A DNA stretch of 64,000 nt from Octopus sinensis (lineage: Eukaryota), in the NCBI RefSeq assembly GCF_006345805.1, contig NC_043021.1, positions 12,896,001-12,960,000 on the forward strand. The letters run 5' to 3'. The first letter of the stretch is position 1, and every line of letters begins with the position of its first letter. The notes under the pieces are model-generated. The model was not told the DNA's origin. It saw only the letters and a program-made list of their open reading frames with translations, and searched no databases. This document shows positions 34,125-48,022 of the stretch, one piece after another. The translations under genes and the position numbers were made by a program.

Positions 34125-37100
34125 AATTATTGTATACAGTGCTCAGGTGCACCACAACTTGTCAGAAAGTGCATATAAAGTACATGCAGTAATGTAGAAA
34201 TGTCTGTCTGAAATGTATGAGTCAGATATATGCTTGTGTGTATATGGAGGGGAGAAAATCAGGTGTAGTTTTGGCGAATCTCAGGAAGCATGGAAGTTTT
34301 GAAGGATGCAGTGCTCCGACAACTAACAACTGATGCCGGCAGTTTGTTCCATGCTTCAGCAACCTCCGCCTTAGCGAAGGCAGAGGTATTGTTTCAGTTG
34401 TGTTTGTTTGTTTGTCCATGGACAAGATATCTCAAGAACCACTGAATGAATTCGGATGGAACTTTCAGGGATATTTGGCCTTATGACTGGCACAAACTGA
34501 TTAGATTTTGGGATCAATCCAGTACTGGACAAGGATTCTGGATTATTTGTTATATCTAGTTTACATGCAGTGTTATGATCTTATGGAGTTTCAAGTCTTT
34601 CGCTGAATATCTCCCTTGAAAGCACACTCATGGTTTCCACGTAAGCTATGGTGGCATTGCTGTTTCCAAAGTTTTATTTTCGTTTCTCTGTTATTAATTT
34701 TACTCTTGACTCTATCTTAGTAGAAACTAATGGATAAAGAAATCAAACTACAAAAACAAACGGCAGCGAAACCATTCAGAAATTAAATAACGCTAACATA
34801 TTCAGTAACAATAATAAGTTTAATTTATCTTCAACAATTTTTAGTTTTAGTGAAGTGAAAGCATGCTATAAAAATAATATTGAACAACAACAACGGCAGC
34901 AGCAGCAGCAGCATCAACAACAACAACAACAACAACTTCATTAATCTTACCTCCTCTTCAGTTGGATAAAACCCCATTGCCCTCAACACAAATGGTATCT
35001 CTGTAATTGTGATGGTTGTTGTCACAGGTCTGGTTTCCATTGAATCAATGCCGGAACTGATATATGAAGGGATATAATAAAAAAAATGTGAACAAATAAG
35101 AGGGCACATGATTGGGGTGGAGAAGAAGGAATTAAAGGTTAGAAAATGGTCCTGGATAGATTTACAGACTTACAGATGTTGAAAGTGAATATGAATTGTA
35201 TTAGCATCTGCCATGACACTGCATCCTTTAAGGCCCTCATGCTTTCCAAAATCTGCCGAAACTACACCTGATTATATATAGACTTTAGATGAGTTGTAGT
35301 GCACCTGAGCACTGTACACAATTATTATTATTATTATTATTAAAAACAATATATGAGAGTGTGTGGAAGCATAATGGCCCAATGGTTAGGGTAGTGGACT
35401 CGTGGCTGTAGCATCGCAGTTTCCATTCCCAGACTGGACGTTGTGAGTGTTTACTGAGCAAAAACATGTAAAGCTCAATGAGGCTCCAGCAGTGGGTGAT
35501 GGTGGTGAACCCTGCTGTATTCTTTCACCACAACTTTCTCTCACTCTTTCTTCCTGTTTCTGTTGTACCTGTATTTCGAAGGGCCAGCCTTGTCACACTC
35601 TCTGTCATGCTGAATCTCCCCAAGAACTACGTTAAGGGTACACGTGTCTGTGGAGTGCTCAGCTATTTGCATGTTAATTTCACGAGCAGGCTGTTCCATT
35701 GATCGGATCAACTGGAACCTTCGTCGTCGTAGCCGACGGAGTGCCACAACAACACGAAAGTGTGAAGGCGATGATCTGGCAGAAATTTTAGCATGCCGGG
35801 CAAAATACTTAGTAGTATTTTGTCTGTCTTTATATTCTGAATATATATCCGGCCCAAAATGTTCTGTTTTTTGTTTAAACAAGCCAGATTTAGCCTCTCA
35901 TACATACACTTTACAGTATCAATATTAAAATATGCAATAACATCATTAAAATCTCAAAGCTACAAGATAATACGTGATTAATTGAAAACAATGTGAATAA
36001 ATAAGCATTACATTTGACAGAGTAATCTGAATGATAAGGGATTAGAAAACAAAATTATTGTGAGTTCTATTTAAGAAAACCTATTAAAATAATAACTTGT
36101 TTAACCTTTTAACATTTAAACTGGCCAAATCTGGCCCAAAATGTTCTGCCTGTTTTATGTTCAAACTGGCCAGATCTGGCCTCTCACACCTACGTGACAA
36201 TGTCATCCAAATCATAAACAATCACATCATAGAAATCTCAAAGCCTTCAAGATAATGCATGATTGATTCAAAAGATTGTGAATGAACACGTATTACATTT
36301 GACAAATTAATCTGAATGCTAAAGGGTTAAAATCTTTTTCTACTCTAGGCACAAGGCCTGAAATTTCATGGGTGCAAGGCTAGTTGATTACATTCACCCC
36401 CAGTGTTTGACTGGTTGACTGCAGAGTTTAACTGGTTGACCCCAGTGTTTGACTGGTTGATTTCAGTGTTTGACTGGTTGACTGCATTATTCAACTGATT
36501 GACTGCAGCGTTTGACTGGTTGTCCTCAGTGTTTGACTGGCTGACTGCAGTGTTTGGCAGGTTGACCCCAGTGTTTGACTGCTTGACTGTAGTGTTGGAC
36601 TGGTTGACGCTAGTGTTTGACTGGTTGACCCCAGTGTTTAACTGGTCAACTCCAGTGTTTGGCAGGTTGACCCCAGTGTTTGACTGGTTGACTGAAGTGT
36701 TCAACTGGTTGACTCGAGTGATTGACTGGTACTTATTTTATTGAATTTGAACTGAGAATGAAGAAACGCTGCTAAGCATTTTGCCTAGTGTGCTAACGAC
36801 CCTGCCTGTTCACAGTCTTAATTAGTCAATTAATATCATAATGAAATAAAAGGCAGCAGCTGGCAAAATTGTTAGCACTCCAGGAAAGTGTTTAGTGGCA
36901 TTTCATCCATCTTTACATTCTGAGATGAAATTCTACTGGGGTCAACTTTGCCTTTCATCCTTCCAGGATCGATAAAATAAGCACCAGTTGAGCACTGGGG
37001 TCAATGTAATTGATATGGCCCTTCTCCTGAAATTGCTGGCCTTGTGTCAAAATCTGAAACCAATATCATAATGAAATAAATCCAAAGTTCTCAAAATATT

Positions 37101-37327
37101 CAATACTTTTTGGAAGAGACAAGTGAAAGAAAAGACTTACCATCTGAGCTGAGAGTAGTAGAAATATTTCTCAAGGTCGTGAAAGACTTCACCTTCTCTT
37201 CCACCTTCTATGAGTTCATAGAATGGTATCAGATCTTCTCCACCCAATTTCACTTGGGCTTCCAAGGCACTGGTTAACAAAAATACATACATATATATAT
37301 ATATACTTACATATGTATATCTATCAA

Positions 37328-37404
<77 letters not shown>

Positions 37405-40400
37405 TCTTTTCTGTGTATCTTTCTGTCGAAGAGCGTAGGCTCGAAACGTAAAAGACTTGTTCTATTTCTATTCCTGAGCGCCATACTAATACATTTGTTT
37501 GTACTCCACCTGCCTTCATCTTTTGTTTATTTCCGTAAACCTTCCCGTTACATATATATATATACTTACATATATATAAATATACTGATGATGATAATGA
37601 TGGTGATGATGAAATACACACACACACGCATGCACACACACATGCATGCACGCACGCACACACACACACGCACACACACACACACACACACAAAGTAGTA
37701 GATATCCACATAGATAAACAGATGGGCTTATATATATATATGCATATATATTAAGGTATGTAGAAAAATACAACATGGACAAGAACGTATAACTCTTAGA
37801 AGACGACACAATAAACATGGACAGGACATTCGAACCCCTCAGTCTTCAGTCAAGAACCGGATCATCGTAGTAATTTCGGCTGATTAATATGCATATATAC
37901 ATATATAAGTTGTGTGTGTGTGTGTGTGTGTGTGTGTGCCCATGCACACATAAACATATGCACAAGTGCACATACACACACACACACTTTAGGGTTCTTA
38001 AAACCTGAAACAAGATAGCTAATTACAAGAGTACGGATACAAGTCATCGATGGAATTGTAAAAATATGTAAGACTTTCCGGAAGTTTGCCATATCTTTAT
38101 CTTTTACTTGTTTCAGTCATTCGACTGCAGCCAAGCTAGGGCACCACCTTGAAGGACTTTAGTTGAACAAATCGATCCTAGGGCTTTTTTTTTTAAAACC
38201 TAGTACTTATTCTATTGGTCACTTTTGCCAAACCACTAGGTTACAAAGATGTAAACACACACACACACACACACATATATATACTTACATACATTTACAC
38301 ATGCACCCACAGTAGTAGTTAGCCTGCTGAATTCTAACTGGAGACTGGCCCATTTAAGAGAGGAGCTTTAGTAGACACTTGACCAAGGTGCCACACCATG
38401 GGACTGAACCCAAAAGCACATGGTTGCAAAGCAAACTTCTTAACCACACAGCCATGCCTGCACCGTATGTAAATATCATTCAGATTATTCTGACCACTGA
38501 TGTCTATCCTGAATACTAAACATAATGCAAACCTACCTTATATTGATGTTCCACATGTGTAGTGAGGCATCCTTTCGGCTGGTTGTGAACAAATATTTCC
38601 CATCATAACTGGCAGCTATGTTAGCCACCTACAACACAACAGAATTGTACTTCATTATGGACAGTGGATTAGCAGAATTGGTAAAAACACTGTTTAGCAC
38701 TCCCACCCTATAATTTACTTACGGTGAGCCACGGTATAATGCTATCAGCCATTGTACAGTAACTAAAATAGCATAAGAGAAACAATTATTTTAGTCAGTT
38801 CATAGCATCACCTGTCTGGTGTCTGTGAACGAAGGGGAGACAACTACTCTGAAATGCTGGCATCGCACATTCTAGGTAGGTGGCACTGCAAATTCATCTT
38901 GTCTACAGCAAGAAATTTTCTCCTTGGCAAAACACGGTGAATGGCTTGTTCCCCAGTTTGAATGCACCTTAAGCATATATGAACTGGGAATAACATTGCA
39001 AAGTAAATGTGTTTCAATATTTAGCTGTGGTAAGGCAGTGAGCTGTTAGCATGCATGTTAAAATGCTTAGAAGCAATTTCTTTGCCCTTAAATCCTGAGT
39101 TCAAATTCTGCTGAGATCGACTTTGCCTTTCATCTTTTCAGATTCAATAAATTAAGTACCAGTCAAGCACTGGGGTTGATGTAATCAACTTAACCCCTCC
39201 TCTGAACTTGCTGGCCTTGTGCCAAAATTTGAAACCAATGTCATCACCTCTTCTCTCTCCCCACAAATTTGTACCTTTTGTGCAGGTTCAAAGTAATTAT
39301 TTCTTTGTCAATTTTTACATTGATCAACAAGTAAATCATTCCTGGAAACGTCCGAGGAGGGGTGGAAGGAGAGGGGAGGAACGAATTCCTGGAAAGTTCC
39401 GAGGTGGGGGAGGAAGGACTTCGGATAAGTTTTGTATTAACTTGTAGCTCTGAGATTTCAATGACGTGATTGTTAATATTAAAAATAATTATATAGGGTA
39501 AATGTGAGAGGCTGGATCTGACCAGTTTGAAGATAAAGCAGGTAGATTATTTTAGCCAGATATGGCTGGTTTCAATGCTAAAGGGTTAAAGAGAAAAGAC
39601 CCCATGGCTAAGGGTTATTAAAGGATAAGGGGGGGGGGGCTTTAGGCCAGGTGCTGAGGGGCTAAAGTAAGATAGAGGAACAAGAACAGGGGTCTTGCTA
39701 TAGAGGAGATCCATGATTTCCCTAGATTATAAGGGTGAGTAAGAGTAATTGGGAAGATGAAGATAAAGAAGATTGTTGTGATTGTGTACCTGAGCAAACT
39801 CTCAAGGTAGGTGACCATAAGAGAGGATATGGTTAGTGGACTAGGGAGGAAAGAGGGGAGTGAGGAGTTTCATAAGAATGTGAAGGGAGAATCAGGCCAA
39901 ATGCCAGATTTTAGTACCTGGGGGTGCTTCAGAAGGTTCCTGGTGGGCATTAAATTGTATTGCATAAAGTTTTTTGTAAACTGTATTTTCTAATCCTGAG
40001 GGTGCTATAGTGAGGAGGTAGTACTGTTCAGTGCACCTCCTTAGCAATAGACATGGGAAGAATAGTAACAGATGGTTAGAGAAGGTGGCAGAACTGTGAC
40101 CAGTTCACAGATTTGAAGTGCCCTGCAACACTGTAGAGCCTGTGAATGTGTGGTCAGTCTTGATTTGATTTAAGTTTGAATAGTTATCAAAAGTAAATGT
40201 ATCAAGGCCACAACTGTTAAAACCTCTGACCTACATGTGCTTACTGTACTACTGTATGGTAAAACAGATGTAAAACAGTAAACAAAAGCCATACTTACAC
40301 CGTCAGGATGTGCGATGAAAGCTGTGGATTTATGTCTGTTACCATCAACCGGTAGCACTTGCAGACCAATTTTGTCTGTTGTGATGAAAGCCATGTATCT

Positions 40401-43400
40401 AGAGTTGGCATCAGCTTCTCCTTTTGGTAGAACAATGACTCTGAAAACAAGGAAATAAATGCAGACAATGCAGTTTATATGAACTGGGGGAGAAAATGAA
40501 GGCTGGAGAAGATAATCTTATATTATAAAAGAGAAGCTGTTCTCTGTCTGTCTGTCCGGTCAATCACAAGATATATATGAAGGAGGGGAAGAAGGGGAGG
40601 AGAAAAAATTTGGTTGAGAGAGAAATACAGTGAAATAGAGAGAGTGTGTGTGAAACATAGATAGGTAGTGTTGTCACCATAGTAACTAACAAACTTTGAT
40701 TAAAAATGCAAGAATTTTAAGTGGAAGTCTAAGACAGTTGACAAAGAGGGGTTCAGGAAGAGATTTTGCTGCAAAAGGTCACAAATCTTCTATCCAAATT
40801 GGTGGTACAATGTGCCAGTTCACAATTCCAACTACTTCATAGAGATGAATATCAAAACTGTCCCCTCACTCTACTTACAGTTTAGACCTTGCACTCTGTG
40901 ACTTTTAGTTGTTTCCCAAGCTGAATGAAAACCTCAGGAGCAGTCGTTTTGAAGATGAAAGAAGCTGTGAGAAGGATCTGGGACACTTTGACTTTGGAGG
41001 ACTTCCAAGAAATCCTTCACAAAGTAGCTGGAGCTCTACAACAAGTGCATCGAAGTCAGAAGATCCTACTTTGAATGAAATTAGTTTTGTACTTATTTAA
41101 ATTAATACAAATCTCTCCTTAAAAAGTTCCCAAATTTCTCGAATGCACCTTGTAAATCATTTGGTCGCACAGTACCTAAATAGTAGATTATGTAGTCCTT
41201 GATATACAAAAGAGAGGAAGGTTATGGCTGGAATGCATTTGATCATAGGTTTGCCTGATCTGGACTAACTTGGGGCTAAACAAAAAAAAAAAAAACAGCA
41301 CCTTCATAATCAAAGGAAGATTTATGAAAAATAAAAGCAATGAAGTCTACTTACTTGGTTAATGGTGATCCATATGTAGGGGAAAGAATTGTCAGTCGGC
41401 ACATTTTCGTTGATGAATTATACAGCTTATATTTGTACTGAAATAAATAATAAACACAATGAAGGAGATAAAAGATCATGTCTCTTAAATTATTCTTTTA
41501 TTAGGCACATGCATGGCTGTGTGGTTAAGAAGTTCACGTTAGAATCACTGCTATGGCCTCAGATTGACCAATGCCTTGTGAGGAAATTTGGTAGACAGAA
41601 ACTGTGAGGAAGCCTGTCTATAAATACATGTATATAGGCACAGGAGTGGCTGTGTGGTAAGAAGCTTGCTTCCCAACCTCATGGTTCCAGTTTCAGTCCC
41701 CTTAGGTCCAGGTTCAATCTTCTATGGTCTTAGCATGTATATATATATATATATGTATTTTATATCCTTGTATTGGATATATAATTGTTTTTTCTTCTCT
41801 AGGCACAAGGCCTGTAACTGTGGCCATGCTGGAGCAGTGCCTTTAGTCTAGTAAATCAACCCCAAGACTTATTCTTTGTAAGCCTAGTACTTATTCTATC
41901 AGTCTCTTTTGCCGAACCGCTAAGTTACAAGGATGTAAACACACTAGCAGCAGTTGTCAAGTGATGTTGGGGGGACAAATACAGACACACAAACATATGC
42001 ACACACATACATACATATATATATACATATATATGATGGGTTTCTTTCAGTTTCCGTCTACCAAATCCACTCACAAAGCTTTGGTCAGCCTGACACTTGC
42101 CCAAGGTGCCATGCAGTGGGACTGAACCTGGAACCACATGGTTTGTAAGCAAGCTACTTACCGCACAGCCACTCCTACACCTATTACATATTTAAATATT
42201 TTTCACTTGTTGGTGATGTCCTGTACATATCACCATCATCATCATCATCATTGTTTAACGTTCGCTTTCCATGCTTGCATGGGTTGGACGATTCGTTAGC
42301 ATGGAAAAGCAGATGTTAAATGATGATGATGATGATATGATGTACTCTTTTACTCTTTTACTTGTTTCAGTCATTTGACTGCGGCCATGCTGGAGCACCA
42401 TCTTTAGTCGAGCAACTCGACCCCGGGACTTATTCTTTGTAAGCCCAGTACTTATTCTATCGGTCTCTTTTGCCGAACCGCTAAGTGACGGGGACATAAA
42501 CACACCAGCATTGGTTGTCAAGCAATGCTAGGGGGACAAACACAGACACACAAACACACACATACATATATATATATATACGCATATATACGACAGGCTT
42601 CTTTCAGTTTCCGTCTACCAAATCCACTCACAAGGCATTGGTCGGCCCGGGGCTATAGCAGAAGAAACTTGCCCAAGGTGCCACGCAGTGGGACTGAACC
42701 CGGAACCATGTGGTTGGTTAGCAAGCTACTTACCACACAGCCACTCCTGCGCCTACATTTGTATTTATTTATATATATATATACATATATATAATGAGCA
42801 AAGGTTTATGGAGGAGGATGTCCACATCTGTTGCAAGCTGACCGATGCCTGGGTTTGGGGCAAACAGTCACAACTGCAGAGGCTGCATAGGAAGATGGGC
42901 CAATCAAGGTTGCTTGTCATGCTCTTTTTCCTCCTTTTTCCTCTTGCCTGCATGGTCTCCCTCTACAAAATTCACCCACGAGGCATTGGTCAGCAGGTGG
43001 CTAGAGAAGAAAATGCAGTGCAGTAAAACTGGACAACGAAACCACAAAGCTGTGAAGCAAACCACTCGGCCAAACAATCAATATTACATTTTGGACCTTG
43101 TGTCATAATTATTGTTCTGTAAATTCTGTAAATTCTTACCTCATTGTTGACAGTTAATATAAAATATTCCTTGGTAAAAGAAGGGTAAAAAGTCATGCAA
43201 AGGGGGATGGCACTCTGTTCAATACGGTCGACAGACAGGAGCTGCACTCCCTCAGCGTTATCAGGTAAAATGTTATATTCAACCTAGATGTACAACGAGA
43301 CAACATGCATTAGTAATCAGCTCCCTTTATCAATATATATGCATACACACACACACAGATAACTGTTTTGGTTTATACATGTAACTCCCAATAAATTCAT

Positions 43401-44231
43401 TGACTGCCCTTCTTTCGTTTGTCTACTCAATCACATACACACACACACAGAGGGAAAGAGAGAGAGGGGGGAAGAATGAGAAAGAGCGAGAGAGAGAGAA
43501 TTATGTAGATAAGCAAATTAAATATAACAGCTTGGGTTTGATACACAAAATATATATACATGTATACAAAATATATATAAATATATATAGAGGCGGCGAG
43601 CTGACAGAAACGTTAGTGCACCGGGCGAAATGCTTAGCAGTATTTCGTCTGTCGTTACTTTCTGAGTTCAAATTCCGCCGAGGTCGACTTTGCCTTTCAT
43701 CCTCTCGGGGTCGATAAATTAAGTACCAGTTTCGTACTGGGGTCGATGTAATCGACTTAATCCCTTTGTCTGTCCTTGTTTGTCCCCTCTGTGTTTAGCC
43801 CCTTGTGGGTAGTAAAGAAATATATATACATGTATACATGCAAAGAGAAAGAAAGCAGTGGCTGAAGATTTTCCGATGATGAATATTTATGTATAAATAT
43901 ATAGATATTTATATATTGAGAGATCTAACTTAAACAGAATACAAATGACAGAGAAATTTAAAAGGGAGGAGGTAAGGTGTTATAGCCACTCTTTATCTTG
44001 TGGAATTGGTCCCTCAGAAAGACACCAGAGCAGAGCGCGACTAAGTCTTTTTCTATACCAAGAATGTCAACTGTATATATACATGTATGTGTGTGTTTGT
44101 GTGTGTGTGTATGCATACATACATATATGTATGTGTGTATTTATGTATATGTGTGTGTGTGTGTGTATATACATATATGCATGTACATATATATATATTT
44201 AAATTTATATACATCATATATGTACATATGT

Positions 44232-44281
<50 letters not shown>

Positions 44282-47200
44282 ATGTATGAGAGAGAGTGAG
44301 AGGGTATACAACTGTAGAAAATCTACATCAATGAATTCAGTCTGACCTATGCAAATCAAACACTAAAATGATAGCGTTGGTGTTGACAATGATGATGATG
44401 ATGATTTATGGTGTGTATGAGTATCTGAATAAAGAAGCATTACTTTTGACAGAACAATGTGAATGCGAAAGAGTTAAAGACGGTCGTGGCTGAGAGAGTG
44501 ACGCTTATGGTGCACAACTCTTCTTCACTTTAACTGAAGTCACCATCAGCCATCCTTGGCCCAGAGTGACTAGATGGTTGTCCGCGCTCTGGCTGATGAA
44601 TGTGTGAGTGGACATGAGTCTGTGTATTTGCATGCATTCATTTAGATCTGTGTAGTTAACCCTTTAGCTTTTAACCATTTTATGTTCAAACTGGTCAGTA
44701 TCCAGCTTCTTACATCTACCCTACAATGTCAGTCTAAAAAATAAACTATAACATCATTGAAATCTTGAAGCTACAAGATAATGCATGATTAATTCAAAAT
44801 GATAGGTATAAATAAGCATTACATTTCACAGAATAATCTGAATGTTAAAGGGTTTCACTGGCCATATCTTATTTGTTTTTATTGCCCACAAGGGGCTAAA
44901 CGTAGAGGGGACAAACAAGGACAGACAAACGGATTAAGTAGATTACATCGACCCCAGTGTGTAACTGGTACTTAATTTATCGACCCTGAAAGGATGAAAG
45001 GCAAAGTCGACCTTGGCAGAATCTGAACTCAGAATGTAAAGACAGAAGAAATACCTATTTCTTTACTACTCACAAGGGGCTAAACACAGAGAGGACAAAC
45101 AAGCACAGAGAAACGGATTAAGTCGATTATATTGACCCCAGTGCGTAACTGGGTACTTAATTTATCGACCCTGAAAGGATGAAAGGCAAAGTCAACCTTG
45201 GCAGAATCTGAACTCAGAATGTAAAGACAGAAGAAATACCTATTTCTTTACTACTCACAAGGGGCTAAACACAGAGAGGACAAACAAGCACAGAGAAACG
45301 GATTAAGTCGATTATATCGACCCCAGTGCGTAACTGGTACTTAATTTATTGACCCCGAAAGGATGAAAGGCAAAGTTGACCTTGGCGGAATTTGAACTGA
45401 GAACGTAGCGGCAGACGAAATACCTATTTCTTTATTACCCACAGGGGGCTAAACAAGCACAGACAAACGGATTAAGTAGATTACATCGACCCCAGTGTGT
45501 AACTGGTACTTAATTTATCGACCCTGAAAGGACGAAAGGCAAAGTCGACCTTGGCAGAATCTGAACTCAGAATGTAAAGACAGAAGAAATACCTATTTCT
45601 TTACTACTCACAGGGGCTAAACACAGAGAGGACAAACAAGCACAGAGAAACGGATTAAGTCGATTATGTTGACCCCAGTGCGTAACTGGGTACTTAATTT
45701 ATCGACCCCGAAAGGATGAAAGGCAAAGTTGACCTTGGCGGAATTTGAACTGAGAACGTAGCGGCAGACGAAATACCTATTTCTTTATTACCCACAGGGG
45801 GCTAAACAAGCACAGACAAACGGATTAAGTAGATTACATCGACCCCAGTGTGTAACTGGTACTTATTTATCGACCCTGAAGGACGAAAGGCAAAGTCGAC
45901 CTTGGCAGAATCTGAACTCAGAATGTAAAGACAGAAGAAATACCTATTTCTTTACTACTCACAAGGGGCTAAACACAGAGAGGACAAACAAGCACAGAGA
46001 AACGGATTAAGTCGATTATGTTGACCCCAGTGCGTAACTGGGTACTTAATTTATCGACCCCGAAAGGATGAAAGGCAAAGTCGACCTCGGCAGAACTTGA
46101 ACTCGGAACGTAGCGGCAGACGAAATACCGCTAAACATTTCACCTGGTGCGCTAACGTTTCTGCCAGCTCGCCGCCTTCATAACTGGCCATATCTGGCCT
46201 CTTACACCTACCTTACAAGATCATTCTAAAAATAAACAATCACATCATCAAAATCCCAAAGCTAAGCGATAATGCATAACTTATTCAAAGCAATGTGAAT
46301 AAGTAAGCTTCAAACTCGACAAAATAATCTGAAGGCTGAAGGATTAAAGCAGGGGGTGGGGTGGGTGAGGTGCTGTCTCTCTTTCTGCAGAACACTACAT
46401 TACTTACTAATCTCCTGTCTTCTCCAAGCGACAAGAGAAGTGGAACTGACGACTGAAAGATCTCCCGGAACATTAGGTCGCGGATGGGTTGGTAGTGAGA
46501 ACGATAACGACCAATGTATTGGAATGTATCACCTTCTTTTCGTAGCAAACACACTGCATAGCCGGAATCCTTCAAAATAAAACAATAACAGTATATAAGA
46601 GTAAGAGATAATGTAAATCGTGTTGGAGATTGCTATGAGATGAGGAAACTGCCGATGGCTTGGATTTGTTTAACCGTTTCATTACTGTATTTATTTTGAG
46701 ATGATCTGTGTTTCTTTCAATTACTTTAAGTCATCATCATCATCATCATCGTTTAACGTTCGTTGTCCATGCTAGCATGGGTTGGATGGTTCAACCGGGG
46801 ATCTGGGAAGCCAGAAGGCTGCACCAGGCTCCAGTCTGGTCTGGCAGTGTTTCTACAGCTGGGTGCCCTTCCTAACGCCAACCACTCTGTTAGTGTAGTG
46901 GGTGCTTTTTACGTGCCAGGCAAGGCTGGCAACGGCCATGATCGGATTGGTGCCTTTTACGTGCCACCGGCACGGAAGCCAATCAAGGCGCCGCTAGCCT
47001 CGGCCACGTTCGGATGGTGCTTTTTACGTGCTACCGGCACAGGGATCACAACTGCAGTTTCCATTAACAAAGAATTTAGTAAAATTACTTAGTTGTCATT
47101 AAGCTAGTTTTAGGAACATAAATTGTGACTAAGGTTTGATGGAAGATTTTAATTCAGGACTTTTGAAAACAAGACCTTTGTACTACAGAGCCAGAGCCAG

Positions 47201-47948
47201 TTTCAGCCGGATTGGTAACAAAAGGGTAAAGGTAGGCTTCAACTTATCAGGAAATGACTTACACACTTAGTTTCATGACTTTCCTCTGTGGCACATGTAG
47301 AATGAGACATGCAAGATCCAGTTATGAAGCTGGAATGGACTGCCATTGACCTGCTTATAGTTTTGAGTGGCGCCTTCTGTAGCATGTCCGTCATGCATGG
47401 CCCTCTTCATCAGAGGATGAAGAGGGCTTTGAAATACCTGATCAAGAAAAGAGTGACTGAAGCTCTTGGAGTTCCAGGATGCAACCAAAAATGTAGATCA
47501 TGTCATATTTCAGTGGAAGACGTCACAAAAGTGATTAGCAGCTGCCCAAAAATATCATCAAGATGCTACCTCCCGATGCGAACCGACTTGTACAGGTTAG
47601 CTAAAGCTCTTATATAATATTCTGTTCAGATTTACATGTCCTACATATAATTGCTATCATAAACCCCAAAACATCTTTCCCTCACACCACCCAGTGTCTA
47701 TTAAGTCATCCGATGGCATGACATGTCTATTAAGGGAGTTGTTTCTTTTGCATTCACTGACTTGACAGCTGGTGTTTCAGATAATGTTACTTACAGCAAT
47801 GGCAAGATATCTTGAGTGTGCAGAGAAGGCAAGATGTGTGATACAATCTGAGCAATAATGATGAATGTCGGAGTCTTGGTTGGTTAAAGTCAAGGCATCC
47901 AGTATGTATATCATTCCATTTGTAAAACCAACACCTAGAATAAAGCAA

Positions 47949-48022
<74 letters not shown>

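Noticed and set aside
39600-39990. Purine-rich stretch possibly from a CR1/L2-type LINE
   Set aside because: No diagnostic motif recovered by eye; left unannotated
44870-46176. CRISPR-like regular repeat array
   Set aside because: No unique spacers, units are whole SINE fragments, eukaryotic context, no cas genes
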